DNA of 64,000 nt from Neoechinorhynchus agilis (lineage: Eukaryota; Animalia; Acanthocephala). The stretch is taken from the NCBI GenBank assembly GCA_051530055.1, contig CM121342.1:4029489-4093488 (forward strand), in the 5' to 3' direction. The translations under genes were made by a program, and so were the position numbers. Below are positions 25,959-37,808 of the stretch, piece after piece. Positions within the stretch are counted from its first letter, which is position 1, and each line of letters opens with the position of its first letter. The notes beneath the pieces are model-generated. The model did no database searches, had not been told where the DNA came from, and saw nothing but the letters and a program-made list of their open reading frames with translations.

Positions 25959-26382
25959 AAGGGATCCCGCCGAAAACGAAGGAAACGCCCCATCCGCAGC
26001 ATCGAGAACATCCCAACTCCGGACGACTCCGAACATCCAGCGAGGGAAACGCTCGTTCGCTCGAATGACTAAAACCGGCGTCCGCCACCCTTCTCTCGCT
26101 GGAAAGAGAATCGAATGCAACTTTTTCGTTTTTTCTTCGACCTCCTTCATTGAATGGAACGTACATTTTTATCCACAAAAAAGAAGTTTTTGATCCTCAA
26201 AAGCTTTACGTTTACGAACGTAAAAACTCATTGGCCGTTCGTTCCTCGACGTCCGTTCTTATCCGAAATATTACTCCAGGTTTTCATTCTTCAACATAAA
26301 AGCCATCGATTGAGTAGAATGCTCATTTTTTTGGAATATCCTTTTCGAAAGATGTGACCGAGCTTTTCTTTTAGAATTTAAG

Positions 26383-27735
26383 ATGAACATCGCATTCAAA
26401 GTTGACAACGTTCAAATTCATTCCTTCTTAAATTCTTGTCATCGTCGCTTCTTAAACCAATGGTTCAATGCTGGAATTATTGCTTTCGGAATCGCTTTAA
26501 TTATTAGTCCTTTGTGTTTGATTTTCGCTCTTCTTTTCTATAAGCCAACTCATTTCTCAACAGTCGCTTTGATTGTTGTCTATTTGCGATTTCCATTTGT
26601 TCATCTTATCACGGCGATCGTTTTTTCGGTCGTAATCCACGAATCTGGCCATGTCATCGCTTGTCTAAAGTATGAACTCATTTTTCCCTCCAATTATTTC
26701 TTCATTTGTTTAGTGACGGTGGATCCTTTCGCTCAATGGGGCTGCGTTTAACTTGCATTTACATTCCTGCTTCTTTTGTTCGACTCTCAGTGAATCCAAC
26801 AGATGAAATTGTAAAGAAACTGAGGTATTTTTGAATTCTGTTATAACAAATTTCGAACCAATTTTGATAGATTTGTCGCCGGTGGTTTATGGCACAATCT
26901 CGTCTGTTGTTTTGTTTGCTTTTTCCTGGTTGCCATTATCGACAGATCCGTTAATAACGATTTATTCAACAGACAAATTCATTTGGATAAAATCAATGGA
27001 ATAACAGGAAATTTTGAAGTTCAATCGATTGACAATTGCACTGTTACAAGTTTGGACGAACTTCGTTTTTGTTTAGAGGTTGTTCGCCGTTTTAACCGTT
27101 CGGAATGCTGCGTTCACATCGATGATTTCCAATTGTACATTTAAGATATGAGATCAAAGGTTGTCTTGATCTCTATCTACAAAATATCTTATATTTCCCA
27201 GCGAAATTGTTTCATGAAGGCACGACTGCTCAATAGAACTGGATGTCTTGTTAGACGTTTGGGATTTGAGAATCCACAAATCCGAGGTTATTGCACAGCG
27301 GAAAAGAAATGTCCAAAAAGTGAGATCTGCGTTCAACTTGTCTTTGATTCTTTGGACGATTGCCTTTTCGAAGTTAACTTCAGATTGGACGACAGCATTC
27401 GAGTTCTTCGACCTGTCATTGATTCCGCAGTTTTCCTATCATCTTTCTCGAAGGAGACAATAACGACATCTCATATTTTTCTTCGTCCGTTCGCCTGGTT
27501 ATTTACGGAGATGCGGATCTTTCTGCGAACTCTTTGTTCAATTTCGGCCTTATTTGTATTCTCGAATGCTCTTCTAATATACGAAAGCGACGCAGCTCAT
27601 TTTATTCATATTGTTCGTTTCAATAAACAAACTGGAAGCCGAGGATTTTCCAGTCGGATTATAAATGTCGGGACGACTTTGACACTCATTAGTATTTTGT
27701 TGCTTTTATCATTGCGAGTTTTTCCTTATCTGTGA
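26383..27735 (+). CDS. MBTPS2: Site-2 protease (M50) homolog, multi-exon, copy 2
   Basis: Same as copy 1; GT-AG introns after ..CLK and ..KKLR. Confidence 0.8.
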
Positions 27736-28969
27736 TTCTGATGATAAAGATTCTTGGATGCGATTTGCGGAAAATCGGGTTATTCCATATTAGCCGGAAA
27801 TATCGTTAAATTTTAAGAGAATTCACAAGAAAGCTCTTGAAGTCGCTTAAAAGGTTTAAAATGTTGAATGTATTTATGATGTTGCAGCAGAAAAAGGTTG
27901 AGAATTTATCGATTTTTTCAAATAATTCAACGATCTTTGAAGATAATATCGCGTTTTATCAGTATCATTTAATTCGGTAATCATTTATCGCATATTTTCC
28001 GGGTTTCTATTCTTTTTTTTAAACAAAAATATTTATACTAATTAATATTCGGTGGTAGAATTGCACTTTTAAGTAAAGATTCATTGTTGGAATTTTTTGA
28101 GCGATAATTTTTGTTTAGTTCGACACTTGAAAACGTATTCCATCTTTATGGAAAATTATTTAACTCTTAGCTTTCAATTTTATTGTTCACGAGTCTTTGA
28201 TCGGGTGAAATTCCCTCGTGAAAAAAGGTTTATCGATATTTTCCTTCCTTTAAATTGATCTTAAATATTTTCAACGATATTAAAATCATTCGCTACTTAT
28301 ATTAATTTTTGTTATTGATATTTTTCAGGACAGTTTTTCGGTCTTAATGTATTTTAAAGCATATTTAATAATTGTGCGATCGAATTTTCTGTCTTTTTAC
28401 TTAAATGATTCCGATCTTTTTTGATCTGGCGAACGTCCACGTATTAAAAATATTATCCGTATCGGTAACGTTTTATTTTAACCGCCTCTTCGATTGAGAA
28501 ACGACATTGCAGTCTTTGGATACCAATTCGTCTCGTCCAACTCAATAGAATGCGCTGAGATTATTTCTTAATTCCAAAGTCATTGGTAATCAAAAAAACT
28601 AAAGATTACCTCGATTATTCTCATTTAAATTCAATCGCCTCTTATCGCCACCACAAAATCCTTATCGGCAATAATCTTTACTTTCCGGACGAAAAGATTT
28701 TCGACATTTCAAAGTGCTTATTTTTCTAATGAATTTCGCTTTTAAATACACTCAAATCTTTTCAAGGATTCATCGAAATTAGACTATGAAACGCGATCTC
28801 ATTCTCCTTTTCGTTTTACTACTAATCAAAATTTTTGTTCTTTTTTTGTTTCGGAATTCACGTTGTTTTGTTCTCCATTGAAGTTCTTTATTAATGTTTC
28901 CAATTTAAAAATTCAAAGTTACATAACCGACGTTCAGTATCAATTCAAAAGCTTCGTCAAACATCTGAT

Positions 28970-31547
28970 TTAAAATTTTATTGAATTAATCCCACTGTTC
29001 GTTCGATATGTGCCGTTAATTCTTGCAAATATTTCACTTTCACTTGGAAGCCTGCACGTGATGTCCACTCTTGTGAAAGCTTGAAATTTTCGGCTGCCAT
29101 TAAAACTACAATATTCCAGCACAGTATTTAATCCTTCGGCTGAAAAATTTTGAGGTGCTGCCAAGATTTTGAATCTGTTAGGATTCCATGGCGCACTTTC
29201 ATTACCTTCATGACTGACATGAGTTATTCTACCAGCCTCTAGTTTTGGTCGTGAAATGGTTTTGTACTTTATCAATATTCTTCGGAGCAGATCATCGTCC
29301 TCGCCTCCCCATCCGAAATAATAATTAGAGCGTAGTCTCAATTCATCAATGAAGTTAGTAAAGTTCTACTGTAAAGGCTCTTTAAATACTTAGCGTTAAA
29401 ATTCAGAACTTCTGCTGAGAGTTTTTCAAACCGACATTATATTTTCCGACATTGATCGTGCAAAGTCTCTCTAAACTTTTCTATTTCTATAGTAAAATGC
29501 CCATCGATATGAGTGTTTTTCAAAACACTTTTCGTAATTTCTAGTGGTAGTTTCACCTTCCCGGGGGATCACTAATTTCGCCGATACTTCACTTTGTATA
29601 ATTCCGACGTTATTAAGGTCGACGTGAAATATCGAGGAAATTAGTGAATTTAAATCCCCGAAATAGTAAAACTACCAAAACAAAATCTCTTTTTCCCTAC
29701 CGAAGATAATAATCCATTATTACCTCATGAGGATTTAAATTCACTAATTTATTTCGTCGATATTTCACTTTGTATAATTCCGACGTTATTAAGGTCGACG
29801 TGAAATATCGAGGAAATTAGTGAATTTAAATCCCCGGAATTGTAAAACTACCAAAACAAAATCTCTTTTTCCCTACCGAAGATAATAATCCATTATTACC
29901 TCATGAGGATTTAAATTCACTAATTTATTTCGCCGATATTTCACTTTGTATAATTCCGACGTTATTAAGGTCGACGTGAAATATCGAGGAAATTAGTGAA
30001 TTTAAATCCCCGGGATTGTAAAACTACCAAAACAAAATCTCTTTTTCCCTACCGAAGATAATAATCCATTATTACCTCATGAGGATTTAAATTCACTAAT
30101 TTATTTCGTCGATATTTCACTTTGTATAATTCCGACGTTATTAAGGTCGACGTGAAATATCGAGGAAATTAGTGAATTTAAATCCCCGAAATAGTAAAAC
30201 TACCAAAACAAAATCTCTTTTTCCCTACCGAAGATAATAATCCATTATTACCTCATGAGGATTTAAATTCACCAATTTATTTCGTCGATATTTCACTTTG
30301 TATAATTCCGACGTTATTAAGGTCGACGTGAAATATCGAGGAAATTAGTGAATTTAAATCCCCGAATAGTAAAACTACCAAAACAAAATCTCTTTTTCCC
30401 TACCGAAGATAATAATCCATTATTACCTCATGAGGATTTAAAATATTTCACTTTGTATAATTCCGACGTTATTAAGGTCGACGTGAAATATCGAGGAAAT
30501 TAGTGAATTTAAATCCCCGGGATTGTAAAACTACCAAAACAAAATCTCTTTTTCCCTACCGAAGATAATAATCCATTATTACCTCATGAGGATTTAAAAT
30601 ATTTCACTTTGTATAATTCCGACATTATTAAGGTCGACGTGAAATATCGAGGAAATTAGTGAATTTAAATCCCCGAAATAGTAAAACTACCAAAACAAAA
30701 TCTCTTTTTCCCTACCGAAGATAATAATCCATTATTACCTCATGAGGATTTAAATTCACCAATTTATTTCGTCGATATTTCACTTTGTATAATTCCGACG
30801 TTATTAAGGTCGACGTGAAATATCGAGGAAATTAGTGAATTTAAATCCCCGAAATAGTAAAACTACCAAAACAAAATCTCTTTTTCCCTACCGAAGCCAA
30901 GATATTTTTTGGTAATGTTGCATTGAAGCTACGTTTTTAGAGAAACCGTTGATTCTTTGATATTGGTAATAAGTGATCGCCGTTACACCTCCGAAATACC
31001 ATTGATCGAACACATATTGGCTCGAAGACATTCCAGTTAATAATTGACTTGGAGATGTTCGATTGCACACGTACAAATTTTCGAATCGATCAGGGATTTT
31101 GTCCACGTCTGAAAAAACAAAACATTCATATCCAAGGTTATTTGCTGCCAGGAATCCCATATTAAATGCACTTCCACGATTAAACGGTTCGTTTCCTTGC
31201 TGGTTAACCACCAAAATAGAATACGGGACATTCTGCTGCTGGAGGAAAAAATGCATTTTGCTTAAAAACACAGATAAATATTTCTTCCAATTACGAATCG
31301 CTACAATCAGTAGTGTTGATCCATAGACTGGTCTACAATCTCGTGGAGACCAATGTCCTCCCAGCGTCACTTCGGGTATCTCGAGTGATTCTGGATCAAT
31401 AGAATCCAAAATCTTAACGCCACGAAGTCCGTGATCATAGTCCCCAGATCGATACAAGCAATATTTCAAAACTTTGGGATGTTGTGGTGCCGATAGAAAT
31501 AATTGGATCGCTAATAACGTCAAAATCAAAAAACGGTTTGTTCTCAT
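28970..31547 (-). CDS. B4GALT: Beta-1,4-galactosyltransferase (GT7) homolog interrupted by a 1.6 kb insertion
   Basis: FNRGSAFNMGF, CFVFSDVDKIP, YFGGVTAIT..QY.RINGFS | NYYFGWGGEDDDL..RI and NPNRF are the GT7 motifs in order. Confidence 0.9.
29331..30933. mobile_element. Non-autonomous TIR element with 12-bp TIRs and an imperfect 9-bp TSD, filled by a tandem array
   Basis: Ends CGTAGTCTCAAT and ATTGAAGCTACG (10/12 inverted match); flanks taattagag (29322-29330) and tttttagag (30934-30942); removal restores INGFSNYYFGW. Confidence 0.7.
29575..30897. repeat. Tandem array, ~176 bp unit, ~7.5 copies; each unit contains a ~105 bp hairpin
   Basis: ggatttaaattcactaattt..tcgatatttcac[loop]gtgaaatatcga..aaattagtgaatttaaatcc, repeated. 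Confidence 0.95.
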
Positions 31548-33423
31548 TGTTTTTTAATGTAGAACTCGCGTACAGTTTTTATTTCTCAATGAAAATTTAT
31601 TGCTTATTCGAATGACTAAACTGGACTCTCGGACGTGTTAAAATCATAGAGTTTAAGAAAAAAGAGTTGCTTTCAAATCGAGGATAACGATCAATGTTTC
31701 CATAAATTCTTTAGACATCTGAATATGCAAAAAAAATGATTTACATAAAATTCTGTTTGTTAGACTTTCCAGAAAGGAAGTTGCTTCTCGGATTTGAATT
31801 CGAGTAGCAAAAAGATCTTGTCCAGTTCAATTTTTAATTAACTTGATATCTTTATTGTAAACGGGATCCTAAGACAGTTTCTTCGTTAATAACGTCAAAA
31901 TTAACGGTTTGTTCTCATTGTTTTTTTAATGTAGAACTCGCGTACAGTTTTTATTTCTCAATGAAAATTTATTGCTTATTCGAATGACTAAACTAGACTC
32001 TCGGACGTGTTAAAATCATAGAGTTTAAGAAAAAAGAGTTGCTTTCAAATCGAGGATAACGATCAATGTTTCCATAAATTCTTTAGACATCTGAATATGC
32101 AAAAAAAATGATTTACATAAAATTCTGTTTGTTAGACTTTCCAGAAAGGAAGTTGCTTCTCGGATTTGAATTCGAGTAGCAAAAAGATCTTGTCCAGTTC
32201 AATTTTTAATTAACTTGATATCTTTATTGTAAACGGGATCCTAAGACAGTTTCTTCGTTAATAACGTCAAAATTAACGGTTTGTTCTCATTGTTTTTTAT
32301 GTAGAACTCGCGTACAGTTTTTATTCTCAATGAAAATTTATTGCTTATTCGAATGACTAAACTGGACTCTCGGACGTGTTAAAATCATAGAGTTTAAGAA
32401 AAAAGAGTTGCTTTCAAATCGAGGATAACGATCAATGTTTCCATAAATTCTTTAGACATCTGAATATGCAAAAAAAATGATTTACATAAAATTCTGTTTG
32501 TTAGACTTTCCAGAAAGGAAGTTGCTTCTCGGATTTGAATTCGAGTAGCAAAAAGATCTTGTCCAGTTCAATTTTTAATTAACTTGATATCTTTATTGTA
32601 AACGGGATCCTAAGACAGTTTCTTCGTTAATAACGTCAAAATTAACGGTTTGTTCTCATTGTTTTTTTATGTAGAACTCGCGTACAGTTTTTATTTCTCA
32701 ATGAAAATTTATTGCTTATTCGAATGACTAAACTGGACTCTCGGACGTGTTAAAATCATAGAGTTTAAGAAAAAAGAGTTGCTTTCAAATCGAGGATAAC
32801 GATCAATGTTTCCATAAATTCTTTAGACATCTGAATATGCAAAAAAATGTGTTTGTTTGTGTTTTTTTTTTTGTTTTTTTGTGGGTGGTTTTTCGTTGTT
32901 GGTTTGTTTTTTTTTTATGTAGAACTCGCGTACAGTTTTTATTTCTCAATGAAAATTTATTGCTATTCGAATGACTAAATGACTCTCGGACGTGTTAAAA
33001 TCTGGTTGGGTTGTTGGGTGTTTTTTTTTTTGTTATGTTTACATAAAATTCTGTTTGTTAGACTTTCCAGAAAGGAAGTTGCTTCTCGGATTTGAATTCG
33101 AGTAGCAAAAAGATCTTGTCCAGTTCAATTTTTAATTAACTTGATATCTTTATTGTAAACGGGATCCTAAGACAGTTTCTTCGTAATAACGTCAAAATTA
33201 ACGGTTTGTTCTCATTGTTTTTTTATGTAGAACTCGCGTACAGTTTTTATTTCTCAATGAAAATTTATTGCTTATTCGAATGACTAAACTGACTCTCGGA
33301 CGTGTTAAAATCATAGAGTTTAAGAAAAAAAGTTGCTTTCAAATCGAGGATAACGATCAATGTTTCCATAAATTCTTTAGACATCTGAATATGCAAAAAA
33401 ATGTTTTACATAAAATTCTGCCT
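31514..33423. repeat. Tandem array, ~370 bp unit, ~5 copies, containing the B4GALT ATG and upstream region
   Basis: taataacgtcaaaat at 31514, 31887, 32259, 32628, 33185; garbled consensus at 32845-33040. Confidence 0.9.
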
Positions 33424-33531
33424 ATGAAAATAGGTTTAAAAAGTATCATTTATGTTTCCGTTATTGCAGATTAATTCAATGAATAAAGACTGCACCAAAT
33501 AAGAATAATCTTTTTTTTGAACATAGTCCAT

Positions 33532-34125
33532 TCATGACAATTTCGCTAGATCATTCAAGCTATGATTTCTGACAAGGAAGGCAATAAACAGCGATATATA
33601 CCATAATGCGGAACCGATTGACTTTACAACAATAAGAATTATTGCATTTGTTTGAAGAGCAGATATTATTCGAGTTGAATCACTGTTGTTATTGAATACT
33701 TTAGAAAAGGTGAGAAGCTTCGTGCAGTAACCAAGTGTAAATATCTCAAGAAACGGTAAACCACACAATAAAGCGAGAAATATGTATGCACATCTATCAA
33801 TCGCGTATTGCAGCAACAATATTCCAGAAAAGAAGTGGAGAAATCTCAATATTCCAATGATGATAACCATCACCGCGATAAATCCTACCAATTTCGACGT
33901 TTTCTCAAACATCGCTATTGCAATTTCATCCGATTTTTCGATGTTGTCAATCATGGAATTGAGTATGAATTGGAGAAAAAATAAGAATGTTCCTGCAGAA
34001 ATCGACAATGCCACAGTTGCTCCATTTATCGATACCAACCCGATGAGGAACCGATTACACCATCCGTAGTTTTGAGAAGCCTTTTCATATGAAGAATTCG
34101 GGATTTGCTGTATTGGCGTTGTCAT
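33532..34125 (-). CDS. Four-TM membrane protein, unknown function
   Basis: Long ORF from ATG near 34125 with four hydrophobic segments. Confidence 0.6.
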   Translation of the reverse strand: MTTPIQQIPNSSYEKASQNYGWCNRFLIGLVSINGATVALSISAGTFLFFLQFILNSMIDNIEKSDEIAIAMFEKTSKLVGFIAVMVIIIGILRFLHFFSGILLLQYAIDRCAYIFLALLCGLPFLEIFTLGYCTKLLTFSKVFNNNSDSTRIISALQTNAIILIVVKSIGSALWYISLFIAFLVRNHSLNDLAKLS

Positions 34126-36842
34126 TGTGAAGTTTTGTTTTTTGGTTAACGTTCTAAGCGACTCATGTACGCTTAAATATGAAGGGCAAAACGCAAAACA
34201 TCTAAACTTAGAGACTTTCCTCACTATAACCAAATCAATCTTATTTCTTTGGAGTATTTTCTTTTAATCCGACGAAGGATTTTCGTAAAGGATTCACTCT
34301 GAAGAAGTGCTTTGAACGAGTTACTGAAACTCCAAAGGGCTCATTAGTTCAGTTCGAGAATTGAAGTTCTTAAAAGTTAACAGTTGATCGAAGCCAAAAA
34401 AAGTGTAAAGGGAATAAATCCAACTATTAAAAGAGGCAAACAAAGGTTTCAGACGTGAATCCTAAGAAACAAGCTAATGGGTAAAGCGACTAAGAAAAAG
34501 AATACGGGTTTGCCATCAGAATGGCAAACGAAGATTTGTTGGAAACGAATGGTGTTCAAAAGACTGTGAATACTTCGACGATTACTAAAGACTTTGTACC
34601 ACCTTCAGGAGGATATTCAGTCTTTAATACTTTATTATTCTAAAATTACGGTGGAAGAGTCTGATATTGTGATTGGGATAAAAGTAAACAATAGGAAAAA
34701 AAGACTAAGGTTGAACAAAATGTCGAAGAAACATCTGAACGAGTAAAAACAAGAACAAAAGAAGGAACAAATAACTTTGACGATATGGGATCGACCTAAA
34801 TACCATCAAAATCAATCAATGCTCCTATTCATTTATGTCAGGATACGATTTTATCCCTCGCCGCTCTGAATTCGACCCATCGTGTTACGGACTCTTCATT
34901 CAAGGATATAAATCGCATCATTTTTATTGCCGGAATCCCCTGTTGCGCCGCTTTCGTATCACTCAACTGCTTTTCCCCGACTTTCATTCTGAATTATCTA
35001 TCTTAAAAACCGTTGTGCTCATTTCCTCCAAAAATCTTTGAATTCAGCACTCTCCCATCTCTAACACGAGATACAAGCTCTTTACTTCACAACTTCTTTT
35101 TCGAATCTTTCCACACAAAAATTAATCATCGCATGTTTCCACCGCATCTCCAAACTAAACCCGGACCTCATCGTCCCAGTATTAACCTTTTCTTTTAACT
35201 ACTACTCTAAATTCCATACTAAATACAGTTTCTTTTCCGAAACAAGTTAAAAATATCACACATCAATTCTCAACTCTGCCAATCACTCATCCCAAAACCA
35301 AATTTCGATTCGATCCCTTATTGAGTCTACGCCAGCCAGATCCCTTCTCCAATTTGACCTCCACTGAACTAAAACAGGTTCTAGACTCCATCAATCAGAA
35401 CCTCTGCCCTAACTCAAATTGCAATCATTGCTCCACATCAGAAACCACACAATACTCCTCTTGAAAACCTCCATCATTTCAAGAAATTAGCTCAAAATTC
35501 GTCCCATCAATCACAAAACTTTCCTACAAACAATAATCACCAATAACCACCCGATCGAACCCGTAATTAACTCCAAAATCAACAACGGCATTCATTTATC
35601 CTATCAGAAATCGAGTGCTCCGGAGGAAGGTTCATGGTTCGTTTTTTTGTGTTCATGAATAAAACGCGTTAATAAATAGCTTTTTGAAATAATCGAGTCT
35701 TTGTACGTCTCTCAAAAGCAAAAACTCTAATGTGATTTGTTGGAGAATAGAGCAGAAGATGCTCAAATTATTAATGAGAGAGAGTAGACAATTTAAAGTT
35801 AGCGGAAATGAGAAGCGTTGAGGTGATCAAATGTACAGAAGTTTCATTAACTGGGAGAAGTTGATTTTTGGTTTAAAGTACCGAAATGAATTTTTTAAAA
35901 ATTAACACGATATTTAAAAAGGTGGAAAACGATTAAAGTTCTTCCAAAATATTTTATTTTTATCAGGTTCTAATTACCTAATTAAAGTCGCTAATTCTTA
36001 AAAATCATTTAATCCATATTTCGGCAAAAAAAAGTCTATTAAATTGTAAACCCGCGTCGAAATTAATTTTTTTACGTGTGTTTTTTATTTTCCCAAATCT
36101 TTTATATGATTTAAGCTGATCGATGAATTTGAACAAAATTTTTTTCCAACGGTAAACCGAAATTCACTTATCATTGAAATAAATGGATACTTTTGGACAG
36201 GGTTCGCTAAATTTCAGTTAAAAAATCTTTTTCAAATCTAATAACATTTTTTAGAATTACTGCCCTTTCTCACAATTTTCTTCGGTCATATCAAAGGACT
36301 ATCCTCAATTAAAATTCGGCTAATTGACCACTGCTTACTCACTCAACTGTTCTTTACCGAATGTAATTGGTACTTGATTCACATTGGATCATTAACTACA
36401 CGCAGCGATGCAGCTAGATTTTTGTTTCATCCTGCCGCAGCATTTCAATTGTAAGATCATGTTAACGTTCAAGGAGGACTTTAGAACAGCCAACCATGAA
36501 AAACTCATATTATATTCCAATGCGAGATAAATCGGATTGCAATTAAAAGTTCCAGAGTAATTAAATTGCTCGCCTCATTCCATGTTCGAAGACGCTAATC
36601 AAATCAATAATATATTATGTTATGGCGAATAAGCCCATCGCCATCATTAGCGCGACACTCTCACAAATCCATTAACACCTCCTTGATTTCCAAAGATTTA
36701 AAAGACAAAGTTGTTTGTATTTGTTTTTATATCAATAAATTGTTCGGTGTTCATTTCTTTGACAATAGCTTATTAAATAAAAAATTATTATGTAAATAAT
36801 TATCTTGTCAAAAGTTTCAAAACTTATTATTGTTTAGTGATC

Positions 36843-37808
36843 AACGTAAAACTATTTTGAGTTTTAAAGTCTCATTCTGAATTTCCGCTTAAAAACATAT
36901 CCAAAAATGCGACATTTCGTCGATTAGAATTAAATATTTTTTGCAGCAAACAATAAGCAGAATTCGCCTCCTACGTAAAACTATTTTGAGTTTTAAAGTC
37001 TCATTCTGAATTTCCGCTTAAAAACATATCCAAAAATGCGACATTCCGTCGATTAGAATTAAATATTTTTTGCAGCAAACAATAAGCAGAATTCGCCTCC
37101 AACGTAAAACTATTTTGAGTTTTAAAGTCTCATTCTGAATTTCCGCTTAAAAACATATCCAAAAATGCGACATTTCGTCGATTAGAATTAAATATTTTTT
37201 GCAGCAAACAATAAGCAGAATTCGCCTCCAACGTAAAACTATTTTGAGTTTTAAAGTCTCATTCTGAATTTCCGCTTAAAAACATATCCAAAAATGCGAC
37301 ATTTCGTCGATTAGAATTAAATATTTTTGCAGCAAACAATAAGCAGAATTCGCCTCCACGTAAAACTATTTGAGTTTTAGTCTCATTCTGAATTTCCGCT
37401 TAAAAACATATCCAAAAATGCGACATTTCGTCGATTAGAATTAAATATTTTTTGCAGCAAACAATAAGCAGAATTCGCCTCCAAGGCCGTAAAACTATTT
37501 TGAGTTTTAAAGTCTCATTCTGAATTTCCGCTTAAAAACATATCCAAAAATGCGACATTTCGTCGATTAGAATTAAATATTTTTTGCAGCAAACAATAAG
37601 CAGAATTCGCCTCCAAAGGACAACGTAAAACTATTTTGAGTTTTAAAGTCTCATTCTGAATTTCCGCTTAAAAACATATCCAAAAATGCGACATTTCGTC
37701 GATTAGAGAATTTCCGCTTAAAAACATATCCAAAAATGCGACATTTCGTCGATTAGAATTAAATATTTTTTGCAGCAAACAATAAGCAGAATTCGCCTCC
37801 AAAGGACA
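36843..37808. repeat. Tandem array, ~129 bp unit, ~7.5 copies
   Basis: acgtaaaactattttgag at 36844, 36973, 37102 etc. Confidence 0.95.

Larger units (their letters stand above)
25118..28967 (+). repeat. Right arm of the inverted duplication
   Basis: Reverse complement of 17973-21765; ends 2-3 bp from the B4GALT stop codon. Confidence 0.95.

Noticed and set aside
32845-33040. G/T low-complexity tracts inside the 370-bp array
   Set aside because: They replace A/T-homopolymer-rich parts of the unit in a way typical of long-read basecalling failure, so they are treated as artefact.
34835-35420. Weak resemblance to ADA2 (SGY..IPRRSEFD)
   Set aside because: One short motif, no sustained frame or other ADA2 domains.
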